Notes under the pieces: generated by a model
Databases searched by the model: none
What the model was told of the DNA's origin: nothing
The model's input: only the letters and a program-made list of their open reading frames with translations
Program-made: the position numbers and the translations under genes
Part shown: piece by piece, positions 51,071 to 64,000 of the stretch
Layout of the letters: each line of letters begins with the position of its first letter
Numbering within the stretch: the first letter of the stretch is position 1
Source of the DNA: Trichoplax adhaerens
Taxonomy: Eukaryota > Animalia > Placozoa
Assembly: GCF_000150275.1 (NCBI RefSeq)
Contig: NW_002060943.1
Span: 5,414,008 to 5,478,007, forward strand
Direction: 5' to 3'
DNA length: 64,000 nucleotides

Positions 51071-52759
51071 TGTATCCACTGAAATTACTACTCTTTCGTT
51101 GTCATATAGTCTCTATTTCTAGAGATTTTCATCTATCAATGACCTTTATTTTTTCATTTTTTTAGTAGAGTAAAGTGTTGATTCTCTCTTAATGACAGCG
51201 TTAAAAGTTACACGAGTATCGATCATTTTGTTTTGTTGTTATTACCGTATAGACCTAGAACTAATTCTCAGTGGATTGTATGATTTCTATCGGTTCTAAT
51301 TTGTTAACTAGAATAGCTGCTTTAACACATCTAAAATAGTGGAAATATATATCGCTATTTTTGTTCTAGGTATAACTAGACATAGCGGTACAAGATAATT
51401 TCCAGCAATTTTAAAATAAAATAGCGTCTTTCATTTATGAAGAATGTTTGTATCTCCTCATTGAGTATGAGATTGGATATTTTTAGAACGATGTGATTGA
51501 CAGATAAGAAATGTTTCTTGTTTAAATTGAAATTGCTTCGATACTATTTCCCTGATTCTCAAGAGTTTTACATTTGTTTATCGAAGAACGTAAGCTAGAA
51601 TAAGTATCTTAATAACTTTGGGGTGGGTAAAAATTACTTTAGGATGCTAATAAAAGTGAGATCTGTTTTTTTAATTGTCTTCCATGAACCATTAATATAA
51701 AATCCAAGTTGCGTCAATGATAATCAATTACTCTATAATTCGATATATTGTACGCGAATAATTATTAATTATTGATGAGTCTTGATATATTTTAGCGATC
51801 AGGTATTATGGCATTGCAATGCATAGCAGCTTAGACTAAAGCTAAAAGCAAAGAATACTAATATTGACCGATATAACTAGCCTATGATATAAGATTGAAT
51901 GCAGGGTTTGTTTTGGCATCCATTTTGAGGTTTTGTAGTTACTTACTACCCTTATGAATACATTTAGATAGTTAGGCTCATAAATTTTCTCTCTTAAAAA
52001 GTATATCTTACATTTGATTATTACTGCTCCGAGTAAAATTTGACGTTCGAACAACGGCAACTGTATATACAGATTAAGACTAAATTCTAAAAATTTAGCA
52101 ACATTTGACTAAGTTCATTGCTTGCGGCCTTCTTGCTTAAAGTATACCGTACGTGCTATAAAAAATGAGATCATAATCAATCCGAGTATTACAAGAATTA
52201 ATATTTAGATGGCAAGATCATGAATATCAAGGCTAATACCCCGAAACTGAAGCATCTTTAATAGCGATTTGCTGTTAATTTCTTTTCCAGAAATGTAGAT
52301 TTCTAAAAATTCTAGGATATTATGCCAGTGAATACTCCAGGAAAATGGCTATAAGTATCAACTATTTCGTAAAGATTCAATAGTGATCTGCTCGTACTTG
52401 CTTACAATTTCTGTTCTTTAGAGATAAACTTTCATAGGTGTGATATGATGAATATGTAAGGATTGATGTTCGAATATAGCAATCATTAATATGGGTTATA
52501 CTGCAAGAACTCTATAATAGCTTGATTTACTCGTATATTTCTCTATGTCATATGACCAAAGTAGGAATTTTATACGCGAATATATTTAGTATATAAATTA
52601 ACTGGTCTATATTTCAATACTCTTAATCGATTTTATTGAATATTACAAAAACTCTTTCTTAGAGAAGTTACGACACTCTACATAGTTGTGAGAGTAAGAA
52701 AATTTAAGTAATTATTTACCCTTACAATAGAATAATCATTAAATTTATTTAGAGCTCTA

Positions 52760-53300
52760 CACTATCTTAATCAGCAGCTTGATTATAAATGTCTAACCTG
52801 GGACATAAATTATAGCAGTACATCAAGTTGGTGTGTTTAAACCTTTATTAGTGCTCAATGAAATGTTTGGCGATGCTATTTTAAAAGTTATACAATGTTC
52901 TGAATCTCTATGTACTAATAAAACTTTCCTTTAACATCTGTTAGAAGGTAAATTATTATAGGAATAAAATTTTAAGCAGTTATTGCTTCTGAAATGGGGC
53001 GATTATTAAGTATAGTTGGAAGTTCTATATACTATCTGGATCAGCAATCGAATTGCATAAATCTAACCTGAAATATGAACTTGTACGTCAGGTTGATCAG
53101 CTTGAATCTTCATCAGCGCTCAAATAAGGCGATTATTAAATTTAGTTGGCAGCTTTATACTATTTTGGTCGGCAGTGTGATTACAAATGTCTAATCTGGA
53201 ACATAAATAATAACAGTAGATCTTGATCAGTTTGAGCTTTCATTAGCGCTCAAATAAGATGATTATCAATACTATTTTAGGCATTCTACATTATCCTGAA
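52760..53300. repeat. Degenerate ~130-bp tandem repeat, ~4 copies
   Basis: Anchor GGCGATTATTA-like at 52869, 52998, 53128 and 53258; GCGCTCAAATAAG at ~53117 and ~53246; TCTAACCTG-like at 52792, 53062 and 53190. Confidence 0.65.
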
Positions 53301-54383
53301 TCGCTATTCGCTAATAAACTTCCTTCTTGAAAAGTAAACTACCATCATCAAGTACCATTACCAATTTATGTATCCACGAAATACTATACATAGTTATCAG
53401 CGGTATTTCTAGGAACTGCATTATCTGCCTTAAATCCGTAGCGAGTTGGCAACTATTTGCGAGGCTATACTCTCTAAAAGGCCAATAAGAACAGCAGGAG
53501 TCTACTCTGCTGGATAAACAGAGATGAAAATGAATTTCCACCCATAATTATACGTAATGAAAACATGCAGATATTGAATCGTAATAACAAGGAAAGATCA
53601 AGGTACACTACGTCATTAAGCCATAAATTGCAGTAGTTATCAAGGCAGATTTCTTTCTTGTATACCCATGTAGTGGACGAATTGACGAAGGCTTGTTGGA
53701 AATCTTTTAAAATATTGGCAAACTGATTGTTGGGCCGTTTAATTTCTACATCTCTGTTTTTTGAAATAAAAAGCCTTGAGATATTCAGAGTAAGATCATA
53801 AATAATCAATCTCTGCCGCTTATAATTCATACTGTGGTTTGTACAAACGTTAATGCCATGATAGAATTGCATATACATTAGTTCAAATTGAAGGTTATTA
53901 AAAGTTAAAAAGTTCTCGATGATTAATCTCGATAGGGAGAGAAAATCGTCGAAAAACGGATTTTAATTTTAAACTGAATTTCTAGAATTGTTAATAGATT
54001 GTCCAAGTTTTTATAGAACATCGCCAACCAATTCATCTAATGTTTAATTAATCTTATATTATGGAATATCTTGATTGAGAATGGATTATCGGAATAGAAA
54101 TTATTTTATGCTAATAATAGACCTAAGACATATAATCCAATTCTTGTTGCTGATGAACTAACAAACTCGAAAGTCTACTGCATGTTAATTTTTCCCATTA
54201 GTCTTATTCAAAGTTAGTTTTATGGCTGCTAAAATCGTAGCAGGAAGAGTTTTCAGTTTGAAGTCAATACTAGCAATAGATACTATTGCTTTAGCCGCGA
54301 TAATCTTTATTGAAGAATATGGATAATTTATAATTTCATGCTGAGGAATGAAAAGATCACCATATAATTGCTATTAGGCCGTA

Positions 54384-57300
54384 ATGGTTCCTCTTCGCGG
54401 AGTTCAATTGATCTGGATTATTGCCTTGATAATCTTACCTTTCCTATGTCATCATGTTACGACTGGTAAGCATTGAAAATGAGAAAAATTAGATAGCTAT
54501 TACACTAATACTATGCTATGGACATTCTAGCGTACTACTACTACCACTTCTACCCATCAATTCTTTCATTTTTTACGGCGCCATTCATTTGATCAATATA
54601 AACTCAGTAATATTGATCAAGGACTAATAAACTGAAATTAATTGTAAAATATAATACTACTTTTACCTTTCAGTAAGAGCAACTCTAGAAACAGAGTCTT
54701 TATGCATTTTGTAGTTACCTTTGCTACGCCCAAATTGTGGATTTTTTTGGCTGTAGCTGTAAAAAACTTTTCTATGCTTATTTTTTACTAACGGAACTAG
54801 TGCGACTGTAAAACACTCTGAATACCTTTCAAAAGTTTGCTCTAGTCAAAGCCATAGAATAAAATGGTAATCTACAATTATCAGGGAAATTATAAATCCG
54901 AATGAAACAAGAATAAACTGAAATGCTCCTAGAATCTGCAATACAGTCTTCGTAAATTTCTATTTATGAATTCAACCTATAGACAACAGCATATAGTTAT
55001 CTAATAGTGGCTGTGGAATACTTTTTTCCTCTCATCGCTTGACTGGTTCAACTTTGGCGATATATAGTGAATTCTGTATGTGCTTTCAATTTACTCTTGA
55101 TTTATTCGGAGTTGATGATGTTCCTTTAGTAGTGGTTGTTAAATACTTAAAATATCGCAATACCGTAAAAAGGATAGGTATCTTATATAGGCTATCTCTA
55201 AATACATATTAATCTACATAATTCCATGTTAGGCTATAGTGCTGTATTTAATAGGACGGCAGCACCACGTATTAATTACGTGTGTATAAATATACGCTTA
55301 TAAATGGATATATATCCAATTAGATATATGATGGCTACACAACTATACATAAACTACTGTGGTTATATGTAGATTTTAATAAAGTTATTCACTACCGTGC
55401 GATCTAATTAATGTACTGTAGATTTCATTTTACATTTTATCCTATGGATACAATTGACGGTTATGACAAATTGCCCTATAAGTAAATCGCTGCCTCTATG
55501 CTAGTCACTGTAGTTAGAATAATTTATACTGTATTCTATAATTAATATGAATTTCATTGATGTGCTATCCTATTGGGATAATTATAGCAGATTGCCCCGT
55601 CATTAATTCTCTACGTCGTGGTAAAATCCAGGGTAGTGGCATAACACCTGGTACTAAATTAACTTTCCTATGTAATCAAGGCTATCGATTAGTAGGAGCA
55701 AACGAGACTGAATGCCTCAGTTCTGGCCAATGGTCCAATGCATTACCTGTCTGCAAAGGTAGAGCAATAGCGCAGACGAAATTTTGAAATATCTGCAGAC
55801 TTTCAAATTGTGTATATTACACTCTTACATTTCGGAAGATGTTGGTAATTCACTATATAAATATTTGATGTCATTATTCGATCGTTTATATATTTAGACA
55901 TTAACGAATGCAAGGAAGGCCTAGCAAAGTGTAATGTCTCGAGTTGCATCAATAAGAATGGTTTCTACCAGTGCCAATGTGCACAAGGATACGTGTGGAA
56001 TCGTAAGAATGAAATTTGTACAGGTAAAGTTATAGAGTTTAGTTAGAAGATTCTTTATTGTTTCAAGACAGAGGTGTTACTATTCGTCCACTGCCTAGAT
56101 TCCTTAAACTAAATTAATCCTAAGAAATGGCCTTGTCGAGCTTGACATGGTAACATTTTATGTAATCAATGAGAACTTATCTTACTAATAATGCTCATTA
56201 GACCAGGTGGTATGATACATCCTCAATCCAAAACATTCTCAGCCGTCGTCGATCATAGATCATATTTGTCTATGCATTCATCTATAACCATTAAATATTG
56301 CTTACATTTAGTACAATGGCCCAATTTTATTTGATATTAATGCTACAATAACTAACTGTGCTCATTAGACCAGCTGTATAATATACGAGTTTATCAATCT
56401 AATATATTGTTGATCTTCGATCAGGGATATTATTTGTTTTTCTATTCTTCCATAACTACACATTGCTCATGTTAAGACAGTGGTCTATATTTCATTCGAT
56501 ATTAATGCCTTTATTAAATATATACGTACATATGATGAATGTGTTCTAGAGGCATACATTTTATTTGCCGATATCCTAGATATACGGTCTATATTATTGA
56601 TGCTGTTTATCGCTTGCTAAAGTACTTTTTGGATTATAACATTGTAGATATAAATGAATGTAGTAAGAAAAATCGACCTAAGAATTGTCCAGATTCTCGA
56701 TCTGGCTGCACCAATTTACCTGGTGGATTTAATTGCACTTGCACAGGCGGCTACGTACACTTTAATGCTACTTTTTGTCAAGATATCAATGAATGTACTA
56801 GCAACCTTTATAACAATATATGCAATCATAGTCAGCATTGCATTAATACGGAAGGAAGTTATCAATGTATTTGCAAACAAGGTTATAGAAATTCATCAAC
56901 GACTGGTTGTAGTGACATTAATGAATGCATGGAAAGTAGCCATAATTGCACAAGCAATCAACAATGCATCAACGTCGGTGGCAGCTATAGCTGTCAAGAA
57001 CTATCGCTATCCAGTGAAGAATTGCAGAAATGTGCAGCAAGTAAGTTGAATATCGGATTGGAAAATAGCCTTAAGCTGTTTAAATGTGCTTATAGTTTTG
57101 TATACTGATATAGAGGTAGTAGAGTAGGTAAAATACGGAAAACTATTACCATAACAGTTTTGTAGTCAGTAAATGGATGAACTAATTATAACTACAATAA
57201 TAATTGACAATATAAGAGAAACTGTATTAGTTATTTCGACCATTGCTGTTACTTATAGGTAATGGTAGTACTTGTCAAGCAATTACTCAATTTCAAGACG

Positions 57301-60300
57301 GCTCTGTCTCTGGTAATCGCTATTCTTGTGGAGCTAATATTTCGTTTACTTGCAATAGTGGATACTATCTTACGGGTAGACCTATTCTATACTGCTTATC
57401 CAATGGAAGCTGGTCGCATTCCTTGCCAAACTGTAGTGGTAAAGCAAAAATTTCGATTAAAAAATACTGAAAAATTATCGTCTAGTTATATAAAAATCGC
57501 ATATTTCTTTTGGTAGATGTTGATGAATGCATTAATAATAAAGATGATTGTCAAGCACCAGCCTTTTGCTATAATACTGTTGGCTCCTTCCAGTGTCAAT
57601 GTCCGGCCGGTTATAAAATCGATACGAGAACAACTTGTCAAGGTTTTACTGCATTCTATTAATCTTCTCTTTACACTGCATAATAGCCTATCCATCGTTA
57701 TGGCTGCATAAACATTTCATTTATAAAGCTATAACAATCGTGTCCTCAATAAGTAGAATTGATTAAATCCTTATTTGATTCATTTATATCTGCAAAAGAT
57801 ATCGATGAATGTTTCCTCAACACTCATAAATGTATTGCTCCTGCTACATGTCGTAATCTACCTGGCAACTATGAATGCCAATGTCCTAATGGATATGTTC
57901 TTGCTAAAAATAAGCTGAGGTGTAAAGGTACAGTATTGCTTAATTAAGCATTTACCATAATTTTAGATGCTAGCGATGAGAATTACTCAGGATTGTTCAT
58001 ATTTCAATGCACTTTATGAGTATGTATTTTAATATAGAGTCTACACTAGTAATAAGAATATCATATGTATAGGCATCAGGCATCTGAAGTTGAAATATTT
58101 TTAACGATAAATTGGGATAATTAAAGTGCTAATAGTGGAATATACTGTACATTTTTCAAATAAAATGAAAGTAACACTGCTACGGAAAGTAAAATATGTA
58201 TCCAGTGTTCTATAACATTTGGTATTATTAATCAGGGTGTTTAATAAGATCTCAATCACCCACAGTAATTGCTTAAACTATTAAATTGCTGCAATTTTCA
58301 AGGTAGTTGTATATTGCAAATTTTATGGTCTTTATTTACAATAAACGATCTGCTTTAGTATACGATGAACTCTTAGGTTTGGTATACAGCACGATATATT
58401 AGTTAGCGATCTATATATGTACCGTACATTCGTTTTATAGAACCAACAGTACGCAAGCGGATGTATATGGGTTACTTCATAAATTTATTATTCTGCGAGT
58501 ATAGCTAATTGGCTGAAAAATAGTAATATTTTATTATTTCTTAACTTTGGATTGCTTACATTAATCAGAAAGTGGTGTTTGGATTATTAAAATTTTCTTC
58601 TTCGTATTATACATGTTGTGGTGGACTTTTTAAGCTGCGGGTGTTGACCAAATGAGTAATACTTAAAGTCGTTACTAATTTTTTCGTTTATAACTATATA
58701 TTTTCATCAGCTAAAGGCTGCCAGTATTAACGATGTAAATAGCATTTTAAAATTTTACTGATGTTTGCCTTCATAAATAGAAATCTTGATTCACTGGATT
58801 GCCAAGGCTAATCTAGAGGAACAGCAATTAGAAAGTTGCTAACACAGAATCTCAGATGCTAATGCTCTACTATCTTTCCGATAAAAATGTGCCAAATACA
58901 TTCTATTAGATGATTACATTTCCGTTCATCTAGAAAACTTTACCAACAGCGATAATGTTAATTTTATCTATATAAATGCAAGTTTTTGTTCATGAAAATG
59001 CCATTACCGATGTAGTAAACATATTAACTTTAGGTTTATATTTTACTATCTTAATTAAAGGGATATTTTATTCCGTTGTTATTTTATCATTCTTGATTAA
59101 TTATTTCTAATCGATTCTTAAGCAAAGTTTGATTGTAAATGAATATTTTCTCAACAGATATTAACGATTGTACGAAAAAGAACAATCCTTGCCATGCTCA
59201 AGCGACTTGTACTAATCTACCTGGCTCATTTAATTGCACTTGCAATGCTGGCTATACTGGGGATGGATTACATTGCGAAGATATCAATGAATGTAATAGC
59301 ACGATTTCCTGGCCGTGTTATCCACATCAAACTTGCGAAAATACTTTAGGCTCTTATAAATGCGATTGCCAGGAAGGCTACCGACAAATTAATGATACCA
59401 CATGCACTGGTAAAGAGTCCTTGATGAATTTTAGATTATTAATTTCCAGAATTATACTCTGGTATCATGAGATGAAATTATTAAATAAACTCATTCCATG
59501 CATTACCAACCTCTTTTTTTATCTTATTACTACGTGATATAGCTCATCACTATACCAATTTTCTTTCATGTTGCTTATATCGGATATTATGGTTGTTACA
59601 ATTTCAGATATTGATGAATGCAAGATCGGTGTAGCTAGGTGTTTTGCGCCTTCGTACTGCCAAAATTTACAAGGCTCGTTTTATTGCGCCTGTCCTGCAA
59701 ATAGTATACAGCCAACAAATTGTAAAAGTAAGTAAATTTAATGACTTTGCCTAGTCATTACAATTCCTAAATGATGGAATTGTCTTACGGATTATGTCGT
59801 ATTGATAACTAAGCGAATCTTGATCGTTACTCCTTTCTTTCTGTTAAAGAAATTACATGTCCAACGGTTACTTCTATTTCCAATGGTAAAGTAGTAGGAA
59901 GTGATTATTCAATCTTTAAAAGCCTTGTATTTTCTTGCGATTCTGGATATGAGTTACAAGGAAGGCACAATATTACCTGTATGCAATCCGGAAATTGGTC
60001 AAGCCCTATTCCTAAGTGTCAAGGTATGAATTATTATAAGCAGGGACTGCTAGCGATAGCAATCTTAGTAACTACAAGTCCTTCCTTTATTGATAAAGGA
60101 TCTCAATTGCCAGTTATAGTTGATATTATTTCTTCAATTTTAGAGACTTATTTCCGGATTATGAGGTGTAAATTTTATGTTCCATGCTTGTATCTAGATT
60201 TTTCACTTACTCTTTTCTGTTTGGTGCTCCTATAAATTTGTCATTTTTATCGTTATAAATTACATCGAGTAAATCTGTAATAAGAATTTAAACAAAGATC

Positions 60301-63300
60301 ATTATGAAGTATTAGGAATTAAGTAATCATACACTATCGGTATAAATACTATCTCAAAATTAACTTGATTGTTGGAAATCGACTGAATGAAGATCATGTA
60401 GAGTGTGCTGCTACAGTTATTGACAAATATACGAGTGTGAGGGTAGCATAATGCCTATAAATTTAATGTCTATTTCCATAATTTTCTAGAATTGGGTCAT
60501 TTCTAATGTCTAGACAAATAAATGATTATAGGCTTCATCTATCCAATCTATCCAAGACATATTGATTAGAAGGAATGGACTATATTATCATTCATATTTA
60601 TGTTATTCTCTTTAGATATTGACGAATGCAAGCAGCAATTAGCAAATTGTCTAAATACGTCATATTGCGTTAACACTGAGGGTTCCTATCTTTGTGAATG
60701 CTATCCTGGTTATGAAACATCGAAATGTATAGGTAATTTTTAGAATTGGGCATATAAGTCTTTCGCTAGAGATGTTGGAGTACTTTAAGCCTAATTGTAA
60801 TGATCAAGGTTACCATACACGTTATATGAATGTGCTAATAAGAATTATAATGGCTATTTATTGCTGACATTAATATTGTACAAAATTAATTGATTTATGA
60901 GCATAATTTGCTAAATAATTCATATTATGATGTATGCGACTTCTACTAAGTACAAACATGCAATGGAATATAATCTCTTTAATATACGGCTGTACTATAT
61001 CAACTTTATATAGTGTATGCAAAATTCATCAAAATGTAGTGATAAATTTAAATTTGAATAGCAATGCTATATTTTCTGTTATTAGCCACAGATTTGTGTT
61101 TTGTGGCTGTTGTAGTAAATCTAAACATGGATAGGTTGTATACAATTCAGTACATAGGCTTGCAAGAATATGAAAGATTATTAATATGCTTTATAGTATT
61201 CAAGAGTTAATTACTTGCAGTAATAAAATATTATTCGATAGCATTTATAGTAGTTGAGATATGATCATATTGTGAATATTCGTAGTTTCCTTTACTTATA
61301 TAGCGTTATTCCCTATATTTAGACATTAATGAGTGCGAAGATGATGTTTGTGAAGCTAATGCAAATTGTCAAAATATTCCCGGCTCTTATATTTGCACAT
61401 GCAAGACTGGATTTGAGGATGATGGAGATGAATGTGTCGATATTAATGAGTGCTTGGAATCTTCAATTTGTCCAACTAATACTAGCTGTCAAAATACCAT
61501 TGGATCTTACAAATGTTCGTGCTCAGAAGGCTTTAGGATTGAGAATGAACGATGTGTTGATGTTAATGAATGCTTGGTAGATGGATTATGCAAGGAAAAT
61601 ACCAAATGTGTGAATACCATTGGAAGTTATTCGTGTCTGTGTCTTGCTGGATACGCTGTAGATCTAGAGGGAGTTTGCAAAGGTGACTTTTACTCTATTG
61701 CTAATATTATGTTAATTATAATCTGTCAATTTTCATATCAGAAATTATCGGAGAATTGTAATTGCTATTTTTTAATGCTACATTATAAAGATTTGAACGA
61801 ATGTGAACAGGATTCACATGAATGTGGTGCTAATGCAGATTGCGTTAATACTGTTGGCTCCTACGAGTGTGAATGCAAATTGGGTTATTCTTATGACGTT
61901 GATCAAATTTGTAGAGGTAACAACTTCAATCTTGACTGTAATACGTTGGATAATATTTGAAGAATCTGTCTTTGTAATTACGACGGCAGCTACTTCGCCA
62001 TAAGAAATAAAATTAATGTAATCGTGATAGGGAGAACTTTAAATTGCAGCGCTAATATTGCATAGTACTGTACTTTACATATAGTGAATCATCTTTTTAA
62101 TTTCTTGCTTCTTTCAAAATACTATTAGACGTAAACGAGTGTAATAATGGCGAAGCTCAATGTCTTCCTAATGAAGGATGCCGCAATATTGCTGGTTCCT
62201 ATCTCTGCATTTGTCCTAATGGCCTAGATCAGTATGAAGTTGGCGATGGATTTTGTCCAAGCAGTACCGGTGTGCATTGACATTTACGCAACAAGATATG
62301 AAAATAGATTAGCTAGTTACGCTCTGCTCTTTCAGTATTGATCAAATTAATTAAATTAAATTAAAGTTGCAGCTATTAATTCAAATTTTATAATATTCGT
62401 TTATATATTAAGGCTATCCTGCTTAGTAATGGTAATTGTTTATAACATGTCTTACCACGTAATCAACTGTTTCTATTGCTATTGCTAGTATCGGTATTTC
62501 TATGATAGAGATTTTGACTTAGAATTCTTTTATTTTAAAACTTAAAAGAATCTCGAAAAAGTAATTTCGTCTTGCCCCATTTTAATTGTTGTTTTTGATT
62601 ATTGATGAAAGTAGAAATTATTCAGCGTATGAGAATTGACTAATTTTATAAATAAATTGACAACATCCATAGCATCTACTGGAACGGCATCTAGTCCTAA
62701 AATCATAACAACATCGACAGGCATTCGTGCTACTCCTGGTACTGGTCCACAAATTGGAGATGTAGGAACCATTGTTGGTATTGCACTTGGATCGGCATCC
62801 TTTCTAGTGATGATTAGCTTTGGCATATGGAAAATTTATAAAGCCCGAAATCGATCTCGTCCGTTAATTAACTTTGATCAGACAGTAAGTATAGCTACCG
62901 CAAATTACCTATTGGCTAGAAATTTCAAAGTATTGAAAAATGTTCTCTGAAGTTGATTTCCTGGAGAGAAGTTAAGAAGCTTTAAATTTATTGTAATCCC
63001 ATAAATAGGAAATGACAACAACTGCAGCTTTTCCAATTGAGCTGGAAGTAGTGACTGATTTGCCTGAACGAAAATATCTATTATTGAAAAATTTTGGAAT
63101 TGAGATCAATAAAACCATTGGTAGGGGAGCATTTGGTGAAGTCTACAAAGGTGTCGCAGCTATCAAATTAAACGGCAAAAAATCTACGCATGATGTTGCT
63201 GTAAAGCTACTAAGAGGTGCATTTTCCTGATTATGTAGTACTTGTCAAGCGGATCACAATTATCACTACTTTATTATAAATTATCTATCATAAGGGAGGC

Positions 63301-63510
63301 TTTGCTGGATTTATGTTATTCTGAGATGATAATAGCAATCGTAGGAAGATAAATCTCCTTAGAGCTAAGCTGAATGATTTAAATGGCAATTTCTAGATAC
63401 TGCAACCCTACTGGATGTAAGTAATTTTGCAATAGAAATTGAGGTCATGCAGCTGCTTGGAAATGAAAGTCCCCACATTATTAAAATGTTACATTGCTGC
63501 CATTCGTCAG
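54384..63510 (+). CDS. Receptor tyrosine kinase with Sushi(CCP)/calcium-binding EGF ectodomain; kinase domain continues beyond the window
   Basis: Signal peptide exon 54384-54465 (MVPLRGVQLIWIIALIILPFLC). Phase-1 exons encode 3 CCP and ~15 D(I/V)(N/D)EC cbEGF modules. An S/T-rich stalk and TM (VGTIVGIALGSASFLVMISFGIW-KIYKAR) lie at 62673-62884. Kinase IGRGAFGEVYKG...VAVKLLR (63009-63216) and DVSNFAIEIEVMQLLG..PHII (63397-63510). Confidence 0.88.
56192..56510. repeat. Diverged ~167-bp tandem duplication in an RTK intron
   Basis: TGCTCATTAGACCAG at 56192 and 56359; both copies end in ...GATATTAATGC. Confidence 0.7.
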
Positions 63511-64000
63511 GTAATTCAAGTATTGGAGTTACAGTTGTACATCTGCTGCAATATGGAATCTTGTCTCCTTATGATACAATTGATATATGTTAATCTTTAT
63601 TTGAGCCTAGCTTCAATACGATATTTTAAAAGAATAATAGGAATTATAAGATGTCATTTCCTCGTGTTGGAGTTCCTAAGTGATCACTAGAATCAAAATC
63701 GCACGAACTGAAGATATTTATGATACCACTACTCATTAGAAGTAGGCTAGTTAGTTATGATGTAATCAGTTAATTAATAATGTAGTGGAATTCATCCAAG
63801 ATGCTACACTAAAACCTAGTTCTTTCCCATGAAAATACTTGTAGTGACGGATTAAAAGTAATAAATCTACTGGTACCAGACTAACAGTAAATGGCTATTA
63901 AGTACTGCCCAAAACATCAGTTGATTTAATTATAAAATTTCGTTCAATAAAAATTGAGATACAAAAATATTATTTGAGGACCCTATAGAATTTCTAAAAT

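Overview
AT-rich, intron-dense eukaryotic (animal) genomic DNA. The short introns, compact gene spacing and divergent metazoan proteins suggest an early-branching animal, most plausibly a placozoan (Trichoplax-like); this is inference only. Manual splicing supports 11 protein-coding genes: SF3A1 (5' exon only, -), a compact PHF13/PHF23-like PHD protein (+), NCKAP1 (+, ~38 exons), METTL1 (-) head-to-head with NTMT1 (+), a tropomyosin with an intronless CDS (-), ZNF622 (-), RPL15 (-) head-to-head with ARHGAP39 (+), dihydropyrimidinase (+), and a receptor tyrosine kinase with an unusual 3xSushi/15xcbEGF ectodomain (+, runs off the window). The most notable signals are: (i) dense, self-complementary TACAGTA/TACTGTA (TGTACAG-type) arrays that sit upstream of the housekeeping genes, including an identical 20-mer at three distant loci, a long hairpin and a 75-bp tandem repeat carrying the motif; (ii) three U12-type minor-spliceosome introns (one in SF3A1, two AT-start introns in ARHGAP39) plus two GC-AG introns; (iii) the RTK architecture. 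No rRNA, tRNA, CRISPR array or intact transposase was seen. Exon coordinates were read by eye and may be off by a few bases.
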